Positions 1 to 8,821 of a stretch of DNA of 64,000 nucleotides are shown in pieces (within the stretch, counting starts at the first letter, position 1; every line of letters begins with the position of its first letter). The position numbers were made by a program, and so were the translations under genes. The notes under the pieces are model-generated. The model did not search any database. It saw nothing but the letters and a program-made list of their open reading frames with translations, and was not told where the DNA came from. The stretch covers positions 12,364-76,363 of the forward strand of contig JBBQXQ010000002.1 of NCBI GenBank assembly GCA_038209515.1, written 5' to 3'. The DNA comes from Gemmatimonadales bacterium. GTDB taxonomy: Bacteria; Gemmatimonadota; Gemmatimonadetes; Gemmatimonadales; GWC2-71-9.

Positions 1-584
1 AGTCCCGCCAGAGCGACGAAGGAGCGATCATAGCTCTCCCACGTGGCCTGATCTTCGGCCGAGAGAAGGCCGGCGCGCCAGCCTTGCGGCCCATACCAGC
101 CGCGCCAGAAACTCACGTGCAGGAGTGAGTTGGCAACCGCTCGTCCATCGCGGATGATGTGAATGAACTTCGCGTCCTCGAAAATCTCATTCAGGAATCC
201 GATGCGCGGCCACCCCGTGATCTTGGCCAGGAAGCGGTTTCGCGCCGGCGTGAGCATGGGCTGGATCGCTCCGTGCACCCGCTTCTTGACCCGGGCGGTC
301 ACGTCCGTGCGTACGAGGTCCCGGCAAGGCTCCGAGAAGCCGTAGGCGAATGTATCCCAGAACCGGTAGCACTCACCGGGCCGGATCCGCTGTCCGAAAA
401 GCCGGCGAAGGAGTGGATTACCCATCGCCTCGACCGCCCATTTATTCCAGGTCGGTCTAGTAGGGTACCAAAGAGAGAATCCGGACATCCACATCAGGTG
501 CGGGTGCGTCGCCAGCAGGCGGTGAAACACGGTTGAGCCGCAGCGTCCGGTTCCTACAATTATGATCGGTTTGGTAATCGTCAT
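1..584 (-). CDS. PAPS-dependent sulfotransferase; the C-terminal part runs off the left edge
   Basis: Absent from the ORF track because there is no stop inside the window. Hand translation from the ATG at 584..582 gives MTITKPIIIVGTGRCGSTVFHRLLATHPHL...AKFIHIIRDGRAVANSLLHVSFW. GTGRCGST matches the 5'-phosphosulfate-binding loop. IIRDGRxxxNS matches the 3'-phosphate-binding motif of bacterial sulfotransferases. Confidence 0.8.
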   Translation of the reverse strand, partial: MTITKPIIIVGTGRCGSTVFHRLLATHPHLMWMSGFSLWYPTRPTWNKWAVEAMGNPLLRRLFGQRIRPGECYRFWDTFAYGFSEPCRDLVRTDVTARVKKRVHGAIQPMLTPARNRFLAKITGWPRIGFLNEIFEDAKFIHIIRDGRAVANSLLHVSFWRGWYGPQGWRAGLLSAEDQATWESYDRSFVALAG

Positions 585-823
585 ATGGTTCGAGTTGGTC
601 ACCTTATGATCCGCGTCCGAAATAATCTTCGGCCAGCCTATCGGTGCGCTCTAGACCGAGGTGGCGCGACATGGGGCGGGTGAGCACGATCCATGCCCCC
701 AGACATCGCTGAAGCCAGGCATGAGCCACGGTGGGACGCAGTTTCCCTGCGACGTTATGCATGACCACCGCAATGCTGTAGCGATTGCGCGACATTTAGG
801 GGGCATGGCTCCTGTCTCGAATC

Positions 824-1906
824 TCACTCGACATTTATCGTCGCCCGGTGCCACGCGTTGTTGTTATAACCTTTGACGTTCCATGTCGCGTTGGTGTTCG
901 GCGGCTGAGGGACCCCCGCGGTATCGGTGGCCCGTACCACGAGCGTGTGACGCCCGCGGGCAAGGTCCAACATCGTCTCCCAAAGCGACCAGGTCCACCC
1001 TGCCCCACCGGTTACGATCCGCGCCTGAGTCCAGTCGTGCCCGCCGTTGGAAGACACCTCGACTGCCGTGAGCGAACGGCCGCCTGAACCCATCGCCCAC
1101 CCGTACACTTGCACTCGGCCCGCGGCAACCGCGTGCGCCGGCGTGGGGTGCAGGATAACGGAATTGAGCGGGATTTCACTCAGGACGGCACCACGGGAGA
1201 CCTCGCGCGAATCCTGCGGGTCGACCTCGCGCTGCATGCGGTACGCCTTGCGCTGAAAGTAATTGGGGGACGGCTCTTCCAGCAGCGTAATACGGCCGAG
1301 CCATTTGACACTTCTCGCGCCGATCCAGCCGGGCACCACCGCCCGAAGCGGAAATCCGTGCACCACTGGAAGGGGCCTCCCATTGAGCTCGCTCGCCAGG
1401 ATCACGTCGTCCCCGAGCGCTTTGGGCAGGTCGATCGAACCGCCGAAGCCAAACTGATCACCCTGTCGCTCCACCTGATCCAGGCCGACGAACTCGACAT
1501 GCCGCGCCCCCTTCGCCACTCCCACGACGTCGAGGAGATCCCGCAGGGACACGCCGGTCCACCGGCCCGTGCCGGCCGGCTCGGGCCCCCAGGGAAGCTC
1601 GCCTGGCAAGGGCCCCAGGGCTAAGAACTCGTTCCGCCTTAGCCCTGCGCATACGAGTGTCGCCGTTACCTGTCGCTGGGGAAGAGCACGGCGCAGCTCC
1701 TCGAGCGAAAAGCTGGACGCAGATTCCACCAGGCCACCCACTTCGAGTCGCCATGTGCTGGAGTCGATCTGAGGAACTGGGGCGTGACTGCGGGTGAAGA
1801 ACTGGTCGATTGGGGTAACGAGATGATTGCCTCGTACCGGCCAGATCGCCGTATTGAGGCCATCGGGATCGTGGACCAGTCGAGGGCTCTTCACCGTCGG
1901 CTTCAC
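824..1906 (-). CDS. Sulfite oxidase-family molybdopterin oxidoreductase with no recognisable signal peptide
   Basis: 360 aa ORF. LVCAGLRRNEF contains the Mo-ligating Cys motif of sulfite oxidases (CAGNRR-like). The C-terminal Ig-like dimerisation region reads VQVYGWAMGSGG...VEVSSNGGHDW. The N-terminus is neither hydrophobic nor Tat-like. Confidence 0.85.
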   Translation of the reverse strand: MKPTVKSPRLVHDPDGLNTAIWPVRGNHLVTPIDQFFTRSHAPVPQIDSSTWRLEVGGLVESASSFSLEELRRALPQRQVTATLVCAGLRRNEFLALGPLPGELPWGPEPAGTGRWTGVSLRDLLDVVGVAKGARHVEFVGLDQVERQGDQFGFGGSIDLPKALGDDVILASELNGRPLPVVHGFPLRAVVPGWIGARSVKWLGRITLLEEPSPNYFQRKAYRMQREVDPQDSREVSRGAVLSEIPLNSVILHPTPAHAVAAGRVQVYGWAMGSGGRSLTAVEVSSNGGHDWTQARIVTGGAGWTWSLWETMLDLARGRHTLVVRATDTAGVPQPPNTNATWNVKGYNNNAWHRATINVE

Positions 1907-1915
1907 AGCTGCGCC

Positions 1916-2980
1916 TCAGGAGGGCTGGGCGAACACCCGCACGTTGGTGGGAGACACATACACCCGCTTGCCCTTGGTGAGACCCAGGCTCTCAAAACGG
2001 CCGCGGGGAATGTGAGCCTCGATGGTCCTGCCGCCATCGACAAGATCCAGTTCCACCCGAACGACTGGTCCGAAGGCACGAACATGGCGGACCACCCCCT
2101 CCAGAGACGAAGCACTCGAGCGGGAAGGCTCCAGCTCCACGTCGTAGGTGCGGACGTAGGCTATGCCGGCCTGATCCGGCGCGCCAGCCCACTCGGGGGC
2201 CTCCAGCTCGCTCTCGCCGATGTTCACCCGTCCCTGATGAATTCGGCCGTGAAACAGGTTGACATCACCCAGGAAGCCATAGACGAAGGGGGTCGCGGGG
2301 CGCTCGTAGACTTCCTCAGGAGTCCCGTTCTGCTCGATCCTGCCCTGGTTCATGATCACCACGCGATCGGAGACCTCCAGCGCCTCCTCCTGGTCGTGGG
2401 TGACGAACACACTGGTGACGTGAACCTCCTCATGCAGGCGGCGCAACCAGCGGCGCAGCTCCTTCCGCACCTTGGCGTCGAGCGCACCGAACGGCTCGTC
2501 GAGCAGCAGCACTTTGGGCTTCACTGCGAGGGCCCGTGCGAGCGCCACACGCTGGCGCTGTCCACCGGACAGCTCGGACGGCCGACGCTCGGCCAGGACC
2601 TCGAGCTGGACCAGCCGCAGCAGTCCCATGACGGTGTCCCGGATTTCCGCTTCCGAGGGCCGCACGCGTCTCGGCCGGACCCGCAGCCCAAACGCGATGT
2701 TCTCGAAGACGCTCATGTGCCGGAACAGGGCATAGTGTTGGAACACGAAGCCCACTTGGCGCTCACGCACCGGCTGACCGGTCGCGTCCTCCCCCTGGAA
2801 ATGGATCGTGCCCTGATCCGCCGGCTCCAGGCCGGCGATGATTCGCAACAGGGTGGTCTTGCCGGATCCCGACGGCCCAAGCAGCGCCACCAGCTCTCCG
2901 CCCGGAACATCGAGGCTCACGTTGTCCAGCGCCACGAAGTCGCCGAACGTCTTTCGCAGGTTGCGTACCTCGATGCTCAT
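1916..2980 (-). CDS. cysA: Sulfate/thiosulfate ABC transporter ATP-binding protein
   Basis: [78 protein letters not shown]. Start re-picked at the ATG 2980..2978, which overlaps the cysW stop as ATGA. The track ORF is extended to 3046. Confidence 0.95.
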   Translation of the reverse strand: MSIEVRNLRKTFGDFVALDNVSLDVPGGELVALLGPSGSGKTTLLRIIAGLEPADQGTIHFQGEDATGQPVRERQVGFVFQHYALFRHMSVFENIAFGLRVRPRRVRPSEAEIRDTVMGLLRLVQLEVLAERRPSELSGGQRQRVALARALAVKPKVLLLDEPFGALDAKVRKELRRWLRRLHEEVHVTSVFVTHDQEEALEVSDRVVIMNQGRIEQNGTPEEVYERPATPFVYGFLGDVNLFHGRIHQGRVNIGESELEAPEWAGAPDQAGIAYVRTYDVELEPSRSSASSLEGVVRHVRAFGPVVRVELDLVDGGRTIEAHIPRGRFESLGLTKGKRVYVSPTNVRVFAQPS

Positions 2981-3891
2981 GCCGCGATCCTTTCGGGAAT
3001 GCTTTCGAGATCGGCTGGACCGGCTGTTGCTCGGCGCTGCTGCCACTCGACCAGGGACTTCAGCGCCAGGGTGACCAGCGCCAGGAAGGTAAGCAGCGAT
3101 GCCACTGCGAAGCTCGCCGCGAAGGCGTACTCGTTGTAGAGGATCTCCACGTGGAGCGGCAGCGTATTGGTCTCACCCCTGATGTGGCCGGAGACCACCG
3201 ACACCGCGCCGAACTCTCCCATCGCCCGCGCGTTGCAGAGGATGAGGCCGTAGAGCAGGCCCCACTTGATGCTTGGCAACGTGACCCGGAAGAAGGTCTG
3301 CCAGCCTCCGGCCCCCAACACCATGGCCGCCTCTTCCTCCTCGACACCCTGCTCCTGCATCAGGGGGATGAGCTCGCGGGCCACGAACGGGGCGGTGATG
3401 AACATGGTGGCGAGCACGATACCCGGCACCGCGAAGATGATTTTGACGTCATGCTGCGAGAGCCAGGGTCCGAACCATCCATGGGCACCAAAGAGAAGCA
3501 CGAAGATCATTCCTGAGATCACCGGTGAGACTGCGAACGGCAGGTCTATGAGGGTGATCAGAAGATTCTTTCCCGGGAAGGAGAATTTCGAGATACACCA
3601 CGCGGCGGCAACGCCGAATACGACGTTTACCGGCACCGCGATCAGCGCCACCAGCAGGGTCAGCCGCGCGGCACTGAGCGCGTCTGATTCCGTGATGGCC
3701 GCCCAGTAGGCCGGCAGTCCCTTGCCGAGCGCCTGGGCAAAGACAAGCACCAAGGGGAGCAGCAGGGTCACCGCCAGAAAGCCAAGCGCGATGGCGATCA
3801 AAGTCCAACGCACTGCCCGCGACTCGCCGGTGGCCCGGGTGACAGCTCGCGGTGCCAATGCAGCCGCGCGGTCGATCGCCGCGGTCGCCAT
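2977..3891 (-). CDS. cysW: Sulfate ABC transporter permease
   Basis: 304 aa polytopic membrane protein between cysT and cysA. Typical CysW-like sequence [17 protein letters not shown] and the EAA-type loop [22 protein letters not shown]. Confidence 0.9.
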   Translation of the reverse strand: MATAAIDRAAALAPRAVTRATGESRAVRWTLIAIALGFLAVTLLLPLVLVFAQALGKGLPAYWAAITESDALSAARLTLLVALIAVPVNVVFGVAAAWCISKFSFPGKNLLITLIDLPFAVSPVISGMIFVLLFGAHGWFGPWLSQHDVKIIFAVPGIVLATMFITAPFVARELIPLMQEQGVEEEEAAMVLGAGGWQTFFRVTLPSIKWGLLYGLILCNARAMGEFGAVSVVSGHIRGETNTLPLHVEILYNEYAFAASFAVASLLTFLALVTLALKSLVEWQQRRATAGPADLESIPERIAA

Positions 3892-3892
3892 G

Positions 3893-4720
3893 CTAGGCGG
3901 CCGTGCGGCGCCGAGCCGCCCACTGGAGCAGGTTGATCGTGAGGAGAAGCCCGAAGGAAATAATTAGCATGACCATCGCGATGGCGGTCGCACCGGCATA
4001 GTCGTATTGCTCCAGTTTTGTGATGATCAGTAACGGCACGATCTCGGTCTTCATCGGCATATTGCCGGCGATGAAGACCACTGAACCGTATTCTCCCACT
4101 GCCCGGGCGAACGCCAGCGCGAAGCCGGTGAGCAGCGCGGGCGCTATGGTGGGGAATACGACCCGGGTGAAGGTCTGCCAGCGTCGGGCGCCGAGGCTGG
4201 CGGCAGCTTCCTCGACCTCCACCTCCAGGTCATCGAGCACCGGCTGCACCGTGCGGACCACGAACGGAAGGCCGATGAAAACCAGGGCCACCGTTATTCC
4301 CAGCCAGGTGTACGCCACCTTGATGCCCAGCGGGTCGAGACGGCTACCGATCCAACCGTTGGCCGCGTAGAGTGTGGTGAGCGCGATGCCGGCCACGGCC
4401 GTCGGCAAGGCAAACGGCAGGTCCACCATGGCGTCCACGACCCGCCGGCCGGGGAACCGGTACCGCACCAGCACCCAGGCCACCAGCAGCCCGAACACCG
4501 TGTTGATCAGTGCGGCCACGAATGAGGCGCCGAAGGTGACCCGGTAGGAGGCCATCACTCGGGGAGCGGTGACAATAGCCCAGAGCGCCGACCCCGACAG
4601 TTCCGACGTGCGTGCAAAGACAGTCGCGAGTGGGAGCAGCACCACCAGGCTGAGATAGGTGCAGGTGATCCCCAGCGAAAGCCCGAATCCGGGGAGTACG
4701 CTCCGCGACGTTTGCCTCAT
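3893..4720 (-). CDS. cysT: Sulfate ABC transporter permease
   Basis: 275 aa membrane protein. EAA loop [21 protein letters not shown]. One-nucleotide gap to cysW, and it lies downstream of sbp. Confidence 0.9.
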   Translation of the reverse strand: MRQTSRSVLPGFGLSLGITCTYLSLVVLLPLATVFARTSELSGSALWAIVTAPRVMASYRVTFGASFVAALINTVFGLLVAWVLVRYRFPGRRVVDAMVDLPFALPTAVAGIALTTLYAANGWIGSRLDPLGIKVAYTWLGITVALVFIGLPFVVRTVQPVLDDLEVEVEEAAASLGARRWQTFTRVVFPTIAPALLTGFALAFARAVGEYGSVVFIAGNMPMKTEIVPLLIITKLEQYDYAGATAIAMVMLIISFGLLLTINLLQWAARRRTAA

Positions 4721-4723
4721 ATT

Positions 4724-5752
4724 CTAGCGCCCCGGCTGATAGATCTGATCGAACAGCGCCCCGTCGGCGAAGTGAGTGGCCTGCGCCTTCTTCCATCCCC
4801 CGAACACATCGGTAACAGTGACGAGGCTCACTTTGGGAAACTGCGCCGCATACTTCGCCGCCACCGAGGCAAGTCTGGGACGATAGAAATGGCGTGCCGC
4901 GATCTCCTGCCCTGTCTCGGTGTACAGATACTCCAGGTAGGCCTGCGCGACGGCCTTGGTGCCATGCTTGCCGGCGATCTTGTCCACCACCGCCACCGGC
5001 GGCTCGGCAAGGATGCTGAGGGAAGGCGCCACGATCTCGAACTTCCCCTGTCCCAACTCCTCGATCGCGAGCAGGGCCTCGTTCTCCCAGGCGATGAGGA
5101 CGTCACCGATTCCCCGCTCCACGAAGGTGGTCGTGGCTCCGCGGGCACCGGCATCGAGCACCGGAACATTTTTATAGAGCCGGGTCACGAACTCCTTGGC
5201 GGTCGCCTCGTTGCCGCCGGGCTGACGTAAGGCCCAGGCCCACGCGGCCAGGTAGTTCCACCGAGCGCCGCCTGAGGTCTTGGGGTTAGGAGTCACCACG
5301 GAGACACCCGGCTTGGCCAGGTCACCCCAATCCTTGATTCCCTTGGGATTCCCCTTGCGGACCAGCAGTACAATCGTGGACGTGTACGGCGAGCTGTTAT
5401 TCGGGAGGCGGCTCTGCCAATTGGCCGGCAGCAATCCCCCCTTTTCCGCGATCTGGTCGATATCGTACGCCAGGGCGAGGGTGACCACGTCGGCCTCGAG
5501 ACCATCGATCACGGAGCGTGCCTGCTTCCCGGACCCACCGTGCGACTGGCGGGCCGTCACGTCCTGGCCGGTCTTGCCCTTCCAAAACGTCGCGAACTGC
5601 TGATTGAAGTCCTCATACAATTCGCGGGTCGGGTCATAAGACACGTTGAGCAGGGTGACTGGCTTCGGAGTATCCTGGGCCACGGCAATGCCGGCGCCGG
5701 CCATGAGCGCGAGCAGAGGGAGGGAGCCGGTCAGAGTGAGTCGGGTGCGCAT
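4724..5752 (-). CDS. sbp: Periplasmic sulfate-binding protein
   Basis: Signal peptide [40 protein letters not shown]...[31 protein letters not shown] is near-identical in pattern to E. coli Sbp/CysP as I recall it. Confidence 0.92.
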   Translation of the reverse strand: MRTRLTLTGSLPLLALMAGAGIAVAQDTPKPVTLLNVSYDPTRELYEDFNQQFATFWKGKTGQDVTARQSHGGSGKQARSVIDGLEADVVTLALAYDIDQIAEKGGLLPANWQSRLPNNSSPYTSTIVLLVRKGNPKGIKDWGDLAKPGVSVVTPNPKTSGGARWNYLAAWAWALRQPGGNEATAKEFVTRLYKNVPVLDAGARGATTTFVERGIGDVLIAWENEALLAIEELGQGKFEIVAPSLSILAEPPVAVVDKIAGKHGTKAVAQAYLEYLYTETGQEIAARHFYRPRLASVAAKYAAQFPKVSLVTVTDVFGGWKKAQATHFADGALFDQIYQPGR

Positions 5753-5787
5753 AGTCTTCAGAGTGCCCTCTTATGGTGGGGTCGGGA

Positions 5788-7161
5788 TCAGAACGAGTGC
5801 TGCACGCGAGTCACCACGAAATTCTCTGCCTCGCGGTCGCCCGCGGCGGTCCCACCGGTGAAGGTGGTATGCTCATAGTCGACCACAACCTTGATAGCCC
5901 GCGCGAGGTACCAGTTGACGCCCACTGCCCAGGCTTTTGCCTTGCTCGGCGTGCTGGCGGGGCTGGCAAAGGTGGGAAACGTGGCGTCATCGATGCTGAG
6001 CTCGCTGTAACGCGCCGCCAGCTCGAGGGCGCCGAAGCTGCCCGCCTTCGGGTCGAATGCCTTCTTGGGAGCGGCGCTCTTGAACGAGTTCTTCTCGCCG
6101 GTGAGGAAGAAGGAGCAGGTGGTCTGCCACGCGGTATGCTTGAGCTTGACGGTCGCCGCACCGGCGCGGCTCACAGCCTGCCACGATTGGATGTACTCGG
6201 CATGCAAGCCCAGCGGGCCGGTATGGAGGTAAGCCTGAGGCGCCAGGCGGGCCCGGCGGCCGTTGGCGAACACGTTGTTCGCGGGTGTTGTCGTGCTACT
6301 GGCGTAGCGGAACCAGGTCTGCTGCCCCGGCGTGCGATAGCTGGCGAGTGCGGATGCAGCGGCGGTCCCGCGCTCGAGCCCAGTTGTGCCGGCGACCCCA
6401 ACGCCAAGCCCCCCCAGCGTGCCGGTCTTGAATGGCTGGAGGAAGACGCGACCCGCGAAATCCTTTGCGTCGCTTACGTCACCGTCCCCATTACCTAGAT
6501 CCGGCACACCATTGAAGACCCCGGCCTGCCACGTAAGGCTCCCACTCCCGATGTCACCCGAAAGCTGGAGACCGACGTCACGGTTGGGGGCGAGATTGGT
6601 TGCGAGCGCGCGCTCGGCAAACACGATGTCGCTCGCTGCCTGGTAACGCTCCAGGTCGACTGCGGGTTTGAACTTGCCGGCTCGCACCGCGAACGCAGGC
6701 GCGATCTTCACGTCGGTATAAGCGTCGAACAGCACCGTGGTCCCCTGGCCGAAGTCGGGCTGCACCCGGAACTCGAGGTACTTGCCCACGGTTGCTTCCA
6801 GGATGGGCCGGGCTCGGCGGATAAAGAACGTGTTCGTCACCGGGACAGCACTGTCGCTCAGAAAAAAGCGCCCGTCCGTCTGAACCAGGCCCTTGAGCCG
6901 GACAGCGAATTTCCCGTCAGCCGATTTGATGCTGAATCCGTCCTTGCTGCTGGCGGTGGCCGATACCTTGTCTTTGGCCGCCGCGGCGGCGCTGTCGGCG
7001 GCGAGTTCGCGAAGCCGTTGAAGAATTCGAACCTGCTGGTCGAGCTCGTTGACCCGTGCCTCCAGCGACGTACTATCCTGTTGTGCCACGATTTGTGGTG
7101 CCCATACAACAGTTCCTGCGATCACAATTAAGCTGCTAGTCCAATACCGGACACCCCTCAT
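5788..7161 (-). CDS. Anion-selective outer-membrane porin of the phosphate-selective porin O/P family
   Basis: Start re-picked at the ATG 7161..7159 (MRGVRYWTSSLIVIAGTVVWAPQIVAQ, a signal peptide), which overlaps the upstream stop as ATGA. An N-terminal coiled segment LEARVNELDQQVRILQRL is followed by alternating beta-strand sequence ending ...FVVTRVQHSF, with a C-terminal Phe typical of outer-membrane beta-barrels. Confidence 0.8.
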   Translation of the reverse strand: MRGVRYWTSSLIVIAGTVVWAPQIVAQQDSTSLEARVNELDQQVRILQRLRELAADSAAAAAKDKVSATASSKDGFSIKSADGKFAVRLKGLVQTDGRFFLSDSAVPVTNTFFIRRARPILEATVGKYLEFRVQPDFGQGTTVLFDAYTDVKIAPAFAVRAGKFKPAVDLERYQAASDIVFAERALATNLAPNRDVGLQLSGDIGSGSLTWQAGVFNGVPDLGNGDGDVSDAKDFAGRVFLQPFKTGTLGGLGVGVAGTTGLERGTAAASALASYRTPGQQTWFRYASSTTTPANNVFANGRRARLAPQAYLHTGPLGLHAEYIQSWQAVSRAGAATVKLKHTAWQTTCSFFLTGEKNSFKSAAPKKAFDPKAGSFGALELAARYSELSIDDATFPTFASPASTPSKAKAWAVGVNWYLARAIKVVVDYEHTTFTGGTAAGDREAENFVVTRVQHSF

Positions 7162-7466
7162 ACACCGATCTCCCGAGAGCTCGAGGTGGGTGGCTTCCGG
7201 TGGTCCGGTCGGCCCTCTGACGCGGGCCACTTCACGGTCGCGCCGCGCTCGACAATGGCACCGTCTGGTTGCGTAACATCTGTCTGCAAGCGCACTTTCT
7301 CCCGCTTCTCGAGCTGGACCACGCGGCCGTCATGAATCACCAATTCGATCGCGCCATAGCGAATCGAGCGGAGCGCCAGGATCAGCTCATGGAGCAGCCC
7401 TGAGGGGAGAGACGTCGGCCCAGGCGCGCCTAGGGAATCGGCCGGCTGGGGTAATCGAGTAGCCAT
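7158..7466 (-). CDS. YezD-like small protein (DUF2292 family)
   Basis: Core LHELILALRSIRYGAIELVIHDGRVVQLEKREKVRL matches the YezD/DUF2292 pattern (..YGsv.i.vhdG.v.qie..ek.r), a family often found in sulfur-assimilation operons. It is the first gene after the AT-rich operator-like region. Confidence 0.75.
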   Translation of the reverse strand: MATRLPQPADSLGAPGPTSLPSGLLHELILALRSIRYGAIELVIHDGRVVQLEKREKVRLQTDVTQPDGAIVERGATVKWPASEGRPDHRKPPTSSSREIGV

Positions 7467-7469
7467 ATT

Positions 7470-7504
7470 CCTATATATCCTATCTTACAGATAGAGTAAA
7501 TAGG
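7470..7504. promoter_or_regulatory. Nested inverted repeats in an AT-rich spacer; candidate operator/promoter of the sulfate-import operon
   Basis: CCTATatatCCTATCTtacAGATAGagtaaATAGG. The inner perfect palindrome is CTATCT-tac-AGATAG (7480..7494). The outer arms are CCTAT (7470..7474) and ATAGG (7500..7504). It lies between the Rrf2 stop (7549) and the yezD-like start (7466). Confidence 0.4.
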
Positions 7505-7548
7505 CAATCGGCATGCCACTCGGTTCGCCGAGGGTGTCAGGTAAGAGA

Positions 7549-7989
7549 TCAGCGAGGAAGCAGTTTGACCTGTCGGACCTTACGACGCAGCGAGGCGAGG
7601 GTGGTCCCGTCGAGGACCTTCGCTGTCGCGTTGCGGACTTCCGTCATTGCCAGGTGGACTCCGCACACCGCCTCGTCGGGACAGTCCGCGCAGGGGACGT
7701 AGGCGGTCTGGCTGGCACACGGAACAGGAGCAAGAGGGCCATCGAAAATGCGGACGATCTGACCCAGGTGGATATCGGCCGGGTCGCGTGCCAGAAGGTA
7801 TCCCCCGCCCTTTCCCTTCCGACTCTGCAGAATACCCTGGTTCTTGAGGCCGAGCAGGATGAGCTCGAGAAACTTCGGCGGGATCTGCTCCGCTCGCGCG
7901 AGATCGGCGATGCGCATCGGCTCCTCAGGCTCGGAGTCGGCCAGTGCGAGGAGTGCTTTAATGGCGTACTTGGCCTTCTTGGAGAGCAT
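7549..7989 (-). CDS. Rrf2-family transcriptional regulator with a Cys cluster, so probably Fe-S binding
   Basis: Start re-picked at the ATG 7989..7987: MLSKKAKYAIKALLALADSEPEEPMRIADLARAEQIPPKFLELILLGLKNQGILQSRKGKGGGYLLARDP, a canonical Rrf2 winged HTH. Cys cluster PCASQTAYVPCADCPDEAVCGVH. Confidence 0.9.
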   Translation of the reverse strand: MLSKKAKYAIKALLALADSEPEEPMRIADLARAEQIPPKFLELILLGLKNQGILQSRKGKGGGYLLARDPADIHLGQIVRIFDGPLAPVPCASQTAYVPCADCPDEAVCGVHLAMTEVRNATAKVLDGTTLASLRRKVRQVKLLPR

Positions 7990-7999
7990 GCGCGGCGGC

Positions 8000-8812
8000 C
8001 TACCTAATGAAACGTTCGGCAGAGGCAACCCGGCTGTATCGAAAGTCCTTGGGTATGGGGTCCGAGTTTCCATGACAACCCACGTTGATGCACCGGATGT
8101 GCTTCCAGTACTCCGGCGCAATCGCTTCCAGGGTTCTCAGCTCATGACCTTCGGAATCCATTTTGAGCACATCGATTTGACCATGCCGCTGGATTGCCGG
8201 CTCCAGCACCTCATTAATATGAACAACCTGGCAAGTCACAGAATTGTTCGACCTCAACTCCAGCGACGAGTTAACGCCGGACGGTTCGATCCCGAGGCTC
8301 GCTGAGCCGTGAAAATTGCTGACGGCCTCCCGACGCGCCACGAACCGACCTTGGAAGGGCCGCAGATTAGCGACCAGGCGGTCATAGGACACGGGAGAGG
8401 GCTCATGGCAGTACACGTATGTGTCGTGGTTCCGTGTCAGCCAAAATAGAGTGCTCAGACCTATGTTGGATCCTATGTCCACCACGACTTTCGTATTCTC
8501 CGGGAGGTAATAATCCCGTCTACAGAAGACGAGGTCGAGCGTCGCCAGATCTGCAGACGAGAATAACTGGACGTTGACCGGACCTATCGGCGTCTTGATG
8601 GCGATCGTTCGGGGATAGTGACCCAACGAAAATACGTCCTCAAACAACATTCGAATGGGGTGGTGATGAACCCCGAAGAACCGGGGGATAGCCCGATAGT
8701 TGCTTCCATCAAAGAGTCTTCTCCGAAAGGCGCGAAGCCTTCTTCGGCCAATTCTCATGGTGAGACCATCTCCGGTTGGACCATCGAAAGCCATGACAGG
8801 TTGATCATACAT
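8000..8812 (-). CDS. FkbM-family SAM-dependent methyltransferase
   Basis: VVVDIGSNIGLSTLFW (SAM motif I), HEPSPVSY, and IDVLKMDSEGHELRTL, the FkbM signature. It is noticeably lower in GC than its neighbours. Confidence 0.85.
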   Translation of the reverse strand: MYDQPVMAFDGPTGDGLTMRIGRRRLRAFRRRLFDGSNYRAIPRFFGVHHHPIRMLFEDVFSLGHYPRTIAIKTPIGPVNVQLFSSADLATLDLVFCRRDYYLPENTKVVVDIGSNIGLSTLFWLTRNHDTYVYCHEPSPVSYDRLVANLRPFQGRFVARREAVSNFHGSASLGIEPSGVNSSLELRSNNSVTCQVVHINEVLEPAIQRHGQIDVLKMDSEGHELRTLEAIAPEYWKHIRCINVGCHGNSDPIPKDFRYSRVASAERFIR

Positions 8813-8821
8813 CGCCGCTAA

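Noticed and set aside
604-795. A 63-aa minus-strand ORF between the sulfite-oxidase-like gene and the sulfotransferase.
   Set aside because: It is unresolved rather than disproved. It fills the gap in the right orientation, but GC3 is only moderate (about 65% by hand count), there is no convincing RBS, and I recognise no motif. It needs conservation or ribosome-profiling evidence before being called.
1784-3139. A long plus-strand ORF (451 aa) covering cysA and cysW. Similar long shadow ORFs are 9870..10967 (+), 15387..16457 (+), 16903..18012 (+), 47839..48810 (-), 49565..50425 (-) and 52366..53439 (-).
   Set aside because: Each lies antisense to, or out of frame with, a gene that has unmistakable family motifs. 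Their translations are Arg/Gly/Pro/Leu/His-rich with no motifs. Stop-poor antisense frames are expected at this GC content.
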